DNA from: a bacterium
GTDB lineage: Bacteria; SZUA-182; DTGQ01; JAFGSM01
Reading direction: 5' to 3'
NCBI GenBank assembly: GCA_049472335.1
Contig: JBLIRO010000034.1
Location: 1 to 53,575 of the forward strand
Length of the DNA stretch: 53,575 nt
Shown: piece by piece, positions 28,718 through 38,316 of the stretch
How positions within the stretch are numbered: the first letter of the stretch is position 1
Layout of the letters: every line of letters begins with the position of its first letter
Program-made: the position numbers and the translations under genes
Notes under the pieces: model-generated
The model's database searches: none
Told to the model about the DNA's origin: nothing
What the model saw: the letters and a program-made list of their open reading frames with translations, nothing else

Positions 28718-31063
28718 ATGAAAAAGCTTATATTCTCTCTTATGTTTATATTTTTAATAACGGTTTTTATTGGTTGCGGCGGAGGCGACGAAAACGATCA
28801 AATAAATTCTCGTTCTACTTATAATACAGGCAATCAGGATTTTACTATCGAAGCAGGGGAGGCATCTGATCCCCTTCATGGATACAGGGTTGACGACGCG
28901 CAAAATTCATTACTGCCAACCCGCATTGATCATTCGACATACATCCCTAAGGCAAGGGATCAAGGAGCAACAGGCTCTTGCACTTCTTGGGCTGCGGGAT
29001 ATTACTTTAAAACATATCATGAAGTAATGGAAGAGGGCTGGGATAAAGACTTAAACACCTTTAGCCCGATGTATCTTTTTGCCATGCAATGCAAAAACTT
29101 TCTCCAGCCTTATTCTTTCATCCCTGCATATGAAATTCTAAAAAGCTATGGATGCGCAAAGTGGTCCACGCTGCCTTATAAAGATTTCAACGACAATAGG
29201 GTAGCATATGCAAATTTAAACATTCCGGAGAGCATAAATACAGAAGCCAGACAATATAGATGTGGGGAAATGGTTCGCCTTTATAATTTAAATCAGGTTA
29301 AACAAGCACTTACTTTAACACCCGTTTTGCTGGGAATCAATAAATATGCATATCCGCCTCAAAATGTTTCGCCCGAAAACAATTTCATGCCCTATGATCC
29401 TACAAATTCAGATGCTGGACATGCAGTATTATGTGTCGGATATGATGATGGCAAATTCGGTGAGGGAGCACTTAAATTCGTAAATAGCTGGGGAGAAGAC
29501 TGGGGCGAACATGGTTATTCCTGGATTAAATATTCAGATTTTTCAAATATAGTCATATTCGCGATGACTATTAAAGACTTACCCAATGTGAAAAGCCCGG
29601 GTTCTCCCATTACAGAAAAACCGGAAGAACCATCGAATGTTATCGCTTCGGACAATGTGGGGCCTTACGTAAATGTGGCCTGGGATGAAACAGGCATGAC
29701 AAGATATTATAGGATATATAGAGCTGCTGTCGGAGACCCAAACACATATGAGGTTATTGGTATTGCTTACGAAAACAATTATCGGGATTATCCGGAACCC
29801 GGAGTCGACTATTACTATTCAGTTGTCGCAGTCAATGAATTTGGTGAATCGGATCACTTTGCAAACGATACGGATATAAAAAGCTATGTTGACCGGGGAA
29901 TGGCTAAAGGCTTATATATGGAGAGTCCGGTCCTGACATGGACATTAAATGACAATACCAATTCATATTTTGAAGTTTCAAATATTGATAATACATCTGA
30001 TTCAATGAATGTAGCCGTGTCAACCGCATCGGAAGGACCCTGGTATTCTTTAGGTTGGATAGCCCCCGGAAATTTTAGGATTTCCTGGGGGGATGATTCG
30101 GAATATATTGGCAAGAAGCCATATGTAAGGGTTAGATTATGTAAAAATGATGGATACAGCGAATATTCCAATTCGGCTCAGGTAATGACTCCAATAATTT
30201 CTTTGGTTAATGTCGCTTCTATTCAAACATTAAATGGAACATCAGATGACGATTCAATCACATTATCCTGGACTATTGATAATGATAATGTGGATTTCTT
30301 TGAAATATGGCGTTATCTGGCATCTACTGATGGTACAAATGAATGGATTCTGATCGGTTACGCCTCTTCAAAGGAATTTTCCTTTACCGATAAATGGGCA
30401 ATTCCTGCGAAAAGCTACTATTATGGAATATTTGCTGTATATCGAGGAACATATAGTGAGCCCAAGATCACTGAAGAGCCGATAAAGATATCCGCGAACC
30501 AGCCCAATCTATATTTACACGACTTTACTTATAACTATGGGCAGATACATAATAATCCGGTAGAGTTCAAACTAACTGTATGGAATGACGGTTCAACAGA
30601 GATCACAGACTATTCCATAATGATATTAGTATATGATTGGATTGACGATTCAATATATGAGATTTCCTCACTTCGTAATGCTTCGGATTTTGCCTCAGCA
30701 GGGCAATTACCTCTTTCACCCGAAAACTATCATACCCTGTCATTCGATTTTTATATTCCATCAGAATTTGCCGATGGCCATATTTATTCATGGATAATCT
30801 GGATTGATTTTTCTTTTTTGATCGATGAACTCTATGAGTCTGACAATTTTTTATATGCATACAATTTTTGGTGGGCTCTTCCCGGAAGCCTCAGACTCAA
30901 AAAACCCCCTGTGGAACAGGATGAACCTCTTAATCTCAAGATTGCCAACACAAATCCTTTTAGCAACAAGTATGGAAAAAACCTCAGATTTAAAACAAAT
31001 ATCGGGGATGTGGGACCTATAAATTACAAAAAGCCCTCGTTCTGTAATAATCATGCTGAATAA
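28718..31063 (+). CDS. Lipoprotein, papain-family (C1) cysteine peptidase with FN3 and CARDB-like domains
   Basis: Lipobox FIGC; DQGATGSCTSW, GHAVLCVGYDD and NSWG motifs; YYYSVVAVN FN3; VWNDG...ELYESDN CARDB. Confidence 0.88.
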   Translation: MKKLIFSLMFIFLITVFIGCGGGDENDQINSRSTYNTGNQDFTIEAGEASDPLHGYRVDDAQNSLLPTRIDHSTYIPKARDQGATGSCTSWAAGYYFKTYHEVMEEGWDKDLNTFSPMYLFAMQCKNFLQPYSFIPAYEILKSYGCAKWSTLPYKDFNDNRVAYANLNIPESINTEARQYRCGEMVRLYNLNQVKQALTLTPVLLGINKYAYPPQNVSPENNFMPYDPTNSDAGHAVLCVGYDDGKFGEGALKFVNSWGEDWGEHGYSWIKYSDFSNIVIFAMTIKDLPNVKSPGSPITEKPEEPSNVIASDNVGPYVNVAWDETGMTRYYRIYRAAVGDPNTYEVIGIAYENNYRDYPEPGVDYYYSVVAVNEFGESDHFANDTDIKSYVDRGMAKGLYMESPVLTWTLNDNTNSYFEVSNIDNTSDSMNVAVSTASEGPWYSLGWIAPGNFRISWGDDSEYIGKKPYVRVRLCKNDGYSEYSNSAQVMTPIISLVNVASIQTLNGTSDDDSITLSWTIDNDNVDFFEIWRYLASTDGTNEWILIGYASSKEFSFTDKWAIPAKSYYYGIFAVYRGTYSEPKITEEPIKISANQPNLYLHDFTYNYGQIHNNPVEFKLTVWNDGSTEITDYSIMILVYDWIDDSIYEISSLRNASDFASAGQLPLSPENYHTLSFDFYIPSEFADGHIYSWIIWIDFSFLIDELYESDNFLYAYNFWWALPGSLRLKKPPVEQDEPLNLKIANTNPFSNKYGKNLRFKTNIGDVGPINYKKPSFCNNHAE

Positions 31064-31985
31064 GAAACGAAATTTAGAAATACTAATTCTGATATTAATT
31101 TTTACCTGTTACGGGTGCAAAGAAAAGAGATTACAATCATCTTCATTCAAACCTTCTCCGGAGACAGGATATAACAACAATTTAGTATTGAATAGGCTTA
31201 CATCCGTTGATGAGGGGGAAAGGTTTAAAACCCTCGAAGAGATGAGGAAAAAGATAAAGGGCATAGATATAAACGATATAGAGGTCACATTGACATCAAT
31301 AAGGGAAAAAAATGTCAGTACTTTGATTTTTGTGTTAATGGAATCTCAAAATGATTGCCTTTACAAATTGAGCCCAGCGGCAAAAAGGACATTGGAAAAC
31401 TCTCAAGGCAGCTTTCCGAATATTGCTTATTATTATGCTAGAGTCAATCCCCAAACGGGCTTGTCAGAGCTTTTTCGCCTATACACGGAACACGTTGCGG
31501 ATAGAATCCCGATTTGTAAGGGCATAGGCGAAGTAAGCAATTCAGAGGCATTAAATTTTTTACTGTTCAATGCCCTTCAAGAAAAGGAAAAAGGGAGGCG
31601 AATAATACCATTATTGGCAGGCCTCCAAGCCTATAATAATGTTATACATAAAAAAGAAATACTATTTTTCCTTGAACAAAGTTTAGACCGGGAAGAGGTT
31701 ATATCACTTTCGAAGCTGAAAACTCACTTTACGCAAAATGATTTAATCGGCTTTTGGAAAACCGGAAACTCGAAGGCATTATTTTCTATCGAGTACATTT
31801 TAAATAATCTGTCCGAAAATTTTGACGCATTACAGGCTATTGTTGATTATGAACTTGCAAACAAAAGGCATGAAAAGGCAATTGAATTGATGATGTCGGA
31901 TAGCATGATAAGATCGAAAGATGAAGATATTAAAAAATATAGAGATACGATCATTGATAAAGTACAAAAAATGAATCACAGATAA
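31053..31985 (+). CDS. Putative lipoprotein, alpha-helical (HEAT-like), unknown function
   Basis: Lipobox CYGC; overlaps the upstream stop by 11 nt, suggesting translational coupling. Confidence 0.65.
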   Translation: MLNKKRNLEILILILIFTCYGCKEKRLQSSSFKPSPETGYNNNLVLNRLTSVDEGERFKTLEEMRKKIKGIDINDIEVTLTSIREKNVSTLIFVLMESQNDCLYKLSPAAKRTLENSQGSFPNIAYYYARVNPQTGLSELFRLYTEHVADRIPICKGIGEVSNSEALNFLLFNALQEKEKGRRIIPLLAGLQAYNNVIHKKEILFFLEQSLDREEVISLSKLKTHFTQNDLIGFWKTGNSKALFSIEYILNNLSENFDALQAIVDYELANKRHEKAIELMMSDSMIRSKDEDIKKYRDTIIDKVQKMNHR

Positions 31986-32031
31986 TTTTTAGCTTTAATC
32001 TATTAATTAGTGTCTGTCCATTTATAATTTT

Positions 32032-32088
32032 GTGCCGGAGGGGGGGGGAATCGAATACCCATGGGCGCAAGGCCCGCGGGATTTTGAA
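32032..32088 (-). pseudogene. 3' fragment of tRNA-Leu(CAA), probable att-site scar
   Basis: Minus strand reads TTCAAAATCCCGCGGGCCTTGCGCCCATGGGTATTCGATTCCC...TCCGGCAC: anticodon loop, long variable arm, TTCGA T-loop, acceptor 3' strand. No 5' half. Confidence 0.75.
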
Positions 32089-32449
32089 CCAATAGCCTCT
32101 GAACTTCCTATAGCCTTATTTTAAAGCAACTTGCCGAAATTATTAAATTTTTTGTTTAAATTATTGAGTATTATTGAATTTTAGCTTTGTCATATTTTAG
32201 CAAATTCTGGCATATCCTGAAAAAAAATTCATATTCAAAGTCACCCCCAAAAATTTCTTTAAAGCACAATTCCCTTTTATTAGTTCTTTAAATTTGGATA
32301 TTGTCTGTCAGAATTTCCTCTGATTTAATTGTTGCGAGGGATAACAATTATTGTGTTTTTTTCAATTTAGTGGTACTATTGTAATAGTTATTCTAATGTA
32401 ATCAATATAGGAGGATAATCATCCGATAAACTTATATGAGGATTATATA

Positions 32450-32772
32450 ATGGGTTAATATTAAAATTTTGATGATCTGTCTGATTGCTACCATTTCATT
32501 AGCTATGGTTAGTTCAAGGGCTTTAGCTCAGGTGAATATTGGATATCCCTCTATTTTGGAATTTAGATTTCTTATATATCCTAAAACAATCATCTTCATC
32601 TTTCACTCCGGAAGATATGCTTGCAGATAATTTTGTGTATCCGGAAATTCTCTTTAATAAAGACCGGCAAATGATTTCAGAGCCTTTTTAATAGCTGAAG
32701 GGAATAACCACCTATTATCAATACTATCAGTGATTCCAAGAAGATAATAAACTACTGAGGAAATGATACGTT
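32450..32772 (+). pseudogene. Decayed copy of the N-terminus of the 770-3070 secreted protein
   Basis: KILMICLIATISLAMVSSRALAQVNIGYP vs KILMVCLIVTLTFVTVRSAAIAQVGFGFP; FTPEDMLADNFVY vs FTGKGDILVDNFEY. Contains stops and frameshifts. Confidence 0.7.
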
Positions 32773-32874
32773 CGCCCATTACAGGATATATTTTTTGCCT
32801 TAATAAAATCAATTAAATAATCAATTTTATTTAACTCATAATAAGGGAGATGTAAAACGAAAAATTACGCAAAT

Positions 32875-35703
32875 ATGTCATTCCCTTTAAAGAAATTTAA
32901 TTTTAGTCATAGGTTTAAGCTGGTCATAATCATTTCCACCATTTGTATATTAGTTTTTAACTTATCAATAATTAGTCAATCCCATGCCCAGGAAGTAATA
33001 TTCAATCGGAATCCTTTTATATTGATTCCTTTTACATTAATAAACTACGAAGGTTCTTTATATCATCCCTTTGATCTATCTTTCAACAACCTGCCCCCCC
33101 AGGATCTATTTTTCCCTTTTACTCTTTACCCATACGGGGTGCTTTTACCCGAATCATTACGCTTTTATAATCAATATGATTTTTATCATTATACCCTCTT
33201 TTTTCCTCCATTAAAGTATACTTCTTTTGAGTTCCCTCATTGGTACTCCTGGTTTCTTCCCTTTACGCAAGGATACCGGAATGATTTTGAATCACAAGAG
33301 GTTATTATTGCTGAAGATATCAAGGACGACATTGAGGAATTTATGGAAAATTATCTTATGGCCCTTGATGAAGCAAAAAATTTAACCTGCCGGGATCTTA
33401 TTCAGAAATTTCCGGAAGACGAATATGTAACTGACCTGGGCTATACTGTATCCGAAACGAATTTTTATGATCTCGTGAAAAGCCAAATGGGACTTACCCA
33501 GGCAGAAGAAGAAAAAATCAATAAAAACGGATTTGTGGTCAGTAATAGAAACAGTTACTTATCCTTTGGGGAAGCCTATCTGGATTTTTATAAAAAAGAC
33601 CTCCCTCTTTTTATATCAACAGATTCAATACTTCAAGCACTTCATCGCTCCTATGATGAAATTCTGTCCGAACTGGAAAAGGAGGTGCTTATGAATAGGC
33701 TTGAATTAATCCTATCCCGGGCACAGGCCGTACTTCCGCAAATAGTTGCCAATCCGACAGGTATGTTGGCTGATACCTATCATGATATAAATGTTTTTTA
33801 TACCGTAGCCAGAAAATTACTCGGCAGATATAATTCCCCCCTACCTTATTTGGAAGATGAACTGGTTCAGTCCATTCTAAATTCTGTGAATGCATTAGCA
33901 TTTAAAAATTTTAATATCTTTGGTGAAACAAGAAATATCGATTTCAGCCAGTTTAAACCAAGAGGCCACTATACAAAATCTGAAGAGTTTAAGAGGTATT
34001 TTCGCGCCATGATGTGGCTTGGCAGGATCGATTTACGAGTGGAATATCCAAGGCAACTCCTGGGCTCCTATCTGATATGGAGAAGTGTGGAAGAAGCAGG
34101 CGTCCGTCATGCTTGGGATGATATGGATAAAATGTTCGAACTTATGGTGGGTGAACCGGATGCAATGAACTTGAGAACATTTACCATGCTTATGGGAGAT
34201 GCCGGAGTCCAAGGATTGGAAGACTTATTGAATCCGCAAATGCAGGGCAAAATTCTCGAGACTATAGAAGAAAAGGGCTATGGTGAGCAACGGATTTGTT
34301 CTCATTATTTAGCTTGTGATCCTTTTAAACCGGAAGTGACACAAATGCCAAAGTCCTTCACATTCATGGGACAGAGGTTTACTGTGGATAGTCACGTATT
34401 TTCTAATGTAGTCTTTGATCGGATTGTTGTAAATGGTGTGAAGATACGAAGAATGATGCCGGACCCGCTGGATGTCATGTTTGTCATTGGCAATAACAGA
34501 GCCCTTTATCATATGGAGGATGAATTAACAAAATGGCAGTATCAGGGTAATCTGTTTATTTTACGTTATCTTTTGGATCAATACACAGGAGAATTCTGGG
34601 AATCAAATATGTATAATGGCTGGCTTGATGCCCTGAGAAGTCTCTCAGCCCCCTTTGAAGGAGAAGGGTATCCAAAAAGTATGCGTACACCGGCATATAG
34701 AGACAAGTTGCTTTATACTCAGCTAGCTTCATGGGCCGAGCTTCGTCACGATAACATTCTTTATGTCAAACAATCATATACAGGCGGAATTATCTGTGAA
34801 TATCCTGATGGATATGTTGAATCCATCCCTGAGTTCTACAGAAAGTTGAAAAATTTTGCCAATAAAGCCAGGGATATCTTGAACAGTATTTATATTCCTA
34901 ATGATTTGAAACAAAGCTATATCTCATATTACGAAACATTTGCCAATACGATGAATACGTTGGAGATTCTAGCCAAAAAACAAATTGACGGCCAGCCGAG
35001 AACGAAAGAGGAGACACAATTCATTAAAGATACAATAGATAAGAAAACATATCCGGGTGTTTGTGGTGGTCCCCCTATCACCTTTTACGGAGGATGGTAT
35101 CCTAAGCTTTTTTATAAAGACCCTGAATTTTGTGTAGAACCGGACTTTATTGTAGCCGATGTTCACACAAATCCTAATGGCCCTCCTTATGGTAATTATG
35201 ATGTACTGCATGTGGGAGTCGGCAGGATTAATGTCATCTATTTTACTGCTGAGACATGCGCCGGACCCACACTTTATGTAGGGCCGGTATTCTCGTATTA
35301 TGAGAAGACCGAAACTGAAATGAAAAGGCTCAATGACGAGGAATGGTCAATGTTGGTTCATCAGGATTCACTTAATCCTCCCTTGTGGGCATATACTTTT
35401 ATGGATTCAATGTCTATGGCCACAAACCATGCACCAATCATCATTGCTGGACCTACTCAGCCAGTCGTAATAAAAGCTGGAGAAGAGTTCATACTGCATG
35501 CACCAGAATTTGCAGTTGAAGATCCTGATGGAGATGAAATATATGCATCGTGCAACATAGGCTCCTGCGGACGCGCTCCGGATGGCTCCTTTATGTGGAA
35601 ATTCCAAAGCAACGTCCCAGGCTCTTATCAGGTGGAGATTATCTTTTCCGACCAAAAAGGTGGTACTGATATGATAGAATTTCTGGTTAATGTGGAACCT
35701 TAA
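32875..35703 (+). CDS. Secreted DUF3160-family protein with aromatic/Pro-rich N-terminus and C-terminal Ig-like module
   Basis: Signal peptide SHA|Q. DFSQFKPRGHY, YFRAMMW, GQRF..DS, SWAELRHD..LY.KQ, ADVHT and GPVFSYYE motifs. The last ~92 aa are paralogous to the 770 protein C-terminus. Confidence 0.85.
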   Translation: MSFPLKKFNFSHRFKLVIIISTICILVFNLSIISQSHAQEVIFNRNPFILIPFTLINYEGSLYHPFDLSFNNLPPQDLFFPFTLYPYGVLLPESLRFYNQYDFYHYTLFFPPLKYTSFEFPHWYSWFLPFTQGYRNDFESQEVIIAEDIKDDIEEFMENYLMALDEAKNLTCRDLIQKFPEDEYVTDLGYTVSETNFYDLVKSQMGLTQAEEEKINKNGFVVSNRNSYLSFGEAYLDFYKKDLPLFISTDSILQALHRSYDEILSELEKEVLMNRLELILSRAQAVLPQIVANPTGMLADTYHDINVFYTVARKLLGRYNSPLPYLEDELVQSILNSVNALAFKNFNIFGETRNIDFSQFKPRGHYTKSEEFKRYFRAMMWLGRIDLRVEYPRQLLGSYLIWRSVEEAGVRHAWDDMDKMFELMVGEPDAMNLRTFTMLMGDAGVQGLEDLLNPQMQGKILETIEEKGYGEQRICSHYLACDPFKPEVTQMPKSFTFMGQRFTVDSHVFSNVVFDRIVVNGVKIRRMMPDPLDVMFVIGNNRALYHMEDELTKWQYQGNLFILRYLLDQYTGEFWESNMYNGWLDALRSLSAPFEGEGYPKSMRTPAYRDKLLYTQLASWAELRHDNILYVKQSYTGGIICEYPDGYVESIPEFYRKLKNFANKARDILNSIYIPNDLKQSYISYYETFANTMNTLEILAKKQIDGQPRTKEETQFIKDTIDKKTYPGVCGGPPITFYGGWYPKLFYKDPEFCVEPDFIVADVHTNPNGPPYGNYDVLHVGVGRINVIYFTAETCAGPTLYVGPVFSYYEKTETEMKRLNDEEWSMLVHQDSLNPPLWAYTFMDSMSMATNHAPIIIAGPTQPVVIKAGEEFILHAPEFAVEDPDGDEIYASCNIGSCGRAPDGSFMWKFQSNVPGSYQVEIIFSDQKGGTDMIEFLVNVEP

Positions 35704-36019
35704 TTGAGCCTGGTATTCTATCATTCCTAATTAGAAAAAAATCATACCCAAAAAACAATAACTAAACTGTAGTTCAAGTAATGAATCATAACCTGATTCT
35801 GTAATGTTTATAAAGAGTTAAAAAAATTTCATGACGAAAAGAAACAGCTGATATTTTAGATTTGGTCTGATATGTAAATGTCCATAATCAAAAACCGCTT
35901 GTTGAGGCTGTGCTGAGGTTTATCGATAAATATCATGAAATAGTTAGAAAAATATTTACCATGGCATCTTAAGACAAGTTTATAAAGATCCTGGAAGGTA
36001 GACATTATCTTTATGTAGA

Positions 36020-36065
36020 GTCCCAATATGGGATTTAGGGATAACCAATCGTCCCATTTTGAGAC
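36020..36065. promoter_or_regulatory. Paired palindromic enhancer (bEBP UAS) sites
   Basis: GTCCCAATATGGGAT (36020-34) and GTCCCATTTTGAGAC (36051-65), 31 bp apart. Confidence 0.7.
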
Positions 36066-36136
36066 ATTACGTAATTTCTATAACAACCTCTAATAAACTC
36101 AGCTTTATAGGCCAAGGGATTTTTGAACACATAAAA

Positions 36137-36152
36137 TGGAACAATAAATGCA
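36137..36152 (+). promoter_or_regulatory. Sigma54 promoter of the 36367-42665 operon
   Basis: TGGAACAATAAATGCA, with GG/GC at -24/-12 spacing, downstream of the UAS pair. Confidence 0.65.
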
Positions 36153-36366
36153 ATTTTGAGAACTTAGAATCCAAAAGATAAAAATTTCTTAACAGTCATA
36201 AGCTTTAATTATCAATCGTTAGAATTGCTATATTTATCAGTTTTTTTGGAGAGATACATATACATCCGTAACCTGATTTTTTCGAAAATCATCTCTGTAA
36301 CTTACACCTTAGGGCCAAATGTTATACCATACACGACATTATTTTTAAGCCAAAAAGGAAAGGTTA

Positions 36367-38316
36367 ATGAAAAAAGTACTTCTATCAACTGTTTGTGGAC
36401 CTTTTGGAGCAGACACTGATGACTGCACCAAGCACGTAATGCCGGAGCTTTTCCATGCCCAGGTCACACGCTCACAGAAAATTTTTAGCCTACGGTCCAC
36501 CTATATTTCATATGGGCTGGAATATATTGCTGAAAACATAACGACTCCTACAACCGTTTTGCAATACCCTACCATGAAGCAGTTTAAACGAGAGCTGAAA
36601 AAAAGGTATGATTATGTTGGAATCAGTTTTGTGATCGCCACATTTGATAAGCTGAAAAAAATGTGCAGGATGGTAAAGGAGGTTTCACCGGGCACCAAAA
36701 TAATACTAGGCGGATATGGCACTATGCTTCCTGAATGTGATCAATATGGCGACTATGTCTGTCGAGAGGAAGGGGTGGACTTTATGCGGCGTCTTTTGGG
36801 AGAAATCCACAATGACGAACCCAAAAAGCATGTTGTATGCCCAACCATAGGTAAGGTTCTTGGATTTCCTATAATGAAAGGCGCCGTGGTTCTGGCAGGA
36901 TTGGGCTGTCCTCATGGATGTGAGTTCTGTGCAACATCTCATTTTCATAAGAAGCGCCATATCCCCCTTTTAAAGACAGGAACAGACTTGCACCGGGAAA
37001 TCAGACGGGTGCAAAAGATCCTTGGCAATCCAAATCTCCCTATTGGCATTATTGAAGAGGATTTTCTACTCCATAAAGAACGGGCTGCAGAGTATCTTGA
37101 CTGTGTTAAGAGAGATATGGAAGATCCAATAAAGATTTCCTGTTTTGCAAGTGCTTATTCAATAGCGCAATGGGACCCCGAGGATCTAGTCAGGATGGGA
37201 ATTGAGACGGTTTGGATCGGGGTTGAATCCAGGCAGGCCAACTATAACAAATTAAAGGGTTTTGATATTGAAGCAATTTTTAAAACACTTCACTCTCATG
37301 GTATCAACACCCTTGCATCCCTTATTATCGGGCATGATTTTCATACAGTTGAAAAAGTGTGGGAGGATTTTGAATATCTCGTATCCCTGAATCCGAGCCT
37401 ATGCCAGTTTCTTATTCTAACCCCAGCCTGCAGTACCCCCCTCTTTGACAGGCTCAAAAAGGAAGGCAGGTTGATTGATATGCTCCATAAACACTGGGAC
37501 GGATTTCACCTGGCATTTAATCATCCCCATATTGGAAAACAAAAAATGGAACAACTGATTCTGGAGGTTTATGATGAGGAATATCGCAGGCTGGGCCCAT
37601 CAGCCATAAGGTATATTGAAAAGCAGTTTAAGGGTTACCTGCAATTCAAAAATACAACTGATCCGCTTCTTAAGAAGCGGGCAGAGCAATACAGGCAGGG
37701 ATGCCTTAAGGCTTTGCCGCTCTTTCCAACTGCCGCAAGAAACGCTCCGACAGAAGAATTGGCTCTGCGGATCAGAGGCAGTCATCGCTCCATCGTTAGT
37801 GAGATGGGCACAGGTGGTCTGAAAAACAAGATCCTTTCAGCCATAGTGCCGGTGCTTGCCCTTGTGGAAAGATTCAAATTAAAGTACTGTGCTTATCCGC
37901 AGGCAAAGCTGCAGCGCACTGAATACAGAATATCCGAAAATTTAATGCGCCCTGCAGCCCTTAGAGGCAGCGGTATTCTTACGATAAAGCCAAGGCTGTG
38001 GTATGCGACCCATCATCTCCTGGTTGTAGATCTCCAGGGCGTTTTTGACAGGATGACAGCGATGAAGCTGAAAAAAAGGATTAATGCCTATCTAAAAGAG
38101 AATATGGGACACCTTGCCATTAATTTCAATGAGATTACCTGCGCCGAACGGGATACACTATTCTTGTTCCTGAAGAGACTGAGAGGCAATAAAAAGAGAA
38201 TCAAGATTATAAATATTGATTCACTGAACACTGAGATGGCGGATGTGGTCCAATATGCAAAAAATTATTTTGAGGTATTTATGGATGTCGATGGCCTGGA
38301 TGCGAGTTTGGCGTGA
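36367..38316 (+). CDS. B12-binding radical SAM protein with C-terminal STAS-like domain
   Basis: N-terminal Rossmann-like region (YVGISF...IILGGYG), GCPHGCEFC, IGVES. The C-terminus VVDLQGVFD...INFNEIT resembles STAS. Confidence 0.8.
   Translation: MKKVLLSTVCGPFGADTDDCTKHVMPELFHAQVTRSQKIFSLRSTYISYGLEYIAENITTPTTVLQYPTMKQFKRELKKRYDYVGISFVIATFDKLKKMCRMVKEVSPGTKIILGGYGTMLPECDQYGDYVCREEGVDFMRRLLGEIHNDEPKKHVVCPTIGKVLGFPIMKGAVVLAGLGCPHGCEFCATSHFHKKRHIPLLKTGTDLHREIRRVQKILGNPNLPIGIIEEDFLLHKERAAEYLDCVKRDMEDPIKISCFASAYSIAQWDPEDLVRMGIETVWIGVESRQANYNKLKGFDIEAIFKTLHSHGINTLASLIIGHDFHTVEKVWEDFEYLVSLNPSLCQFLILTPACSTPLFDRLKKEGRLIDMLHKHWDGFHLAFNHPHIGKQKMEQLILEVYDEEYRRLGPSAIRYIEKQFKGYLQFKNTTDPLLKKRAEQYRQGCLKALPLFPTAARNAPTEELALRIRGSHRSIVSEMGTGGLKNKILSAIVPVLALVERFKLKYCAYPQAKLQRTEYRISENLMRPAALRGSGILTIKPRLWYATHHLLVVDLQGVFDRMTAMKLKKRINAYLKENMGHLAINFNEITCAERDTLFLFLKRLRGNKKRIKIINIDSLNTEMADVVQYAKNYFEVFMDVDGLDASLA

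Noticed and set aside
32032..32120. Intact tRNA gene
   Set aside because: No D-arm or 5' acceptor strand beyond the anticodon loop, and the T-stem is disrupted.
2780..35700. Paralogous C-terminal segments as a DGR template/variable repeat pair
   Set aside because: Differences are largely third-position and not adenine-specific, both copies are coding, and no reverse transcriptase is present in the window.
35820..36000. Possible decayed coding sequence before the UAS pair
   Set aside because: No recognisable protein motif found by eye; a BLASTX search would be needed.
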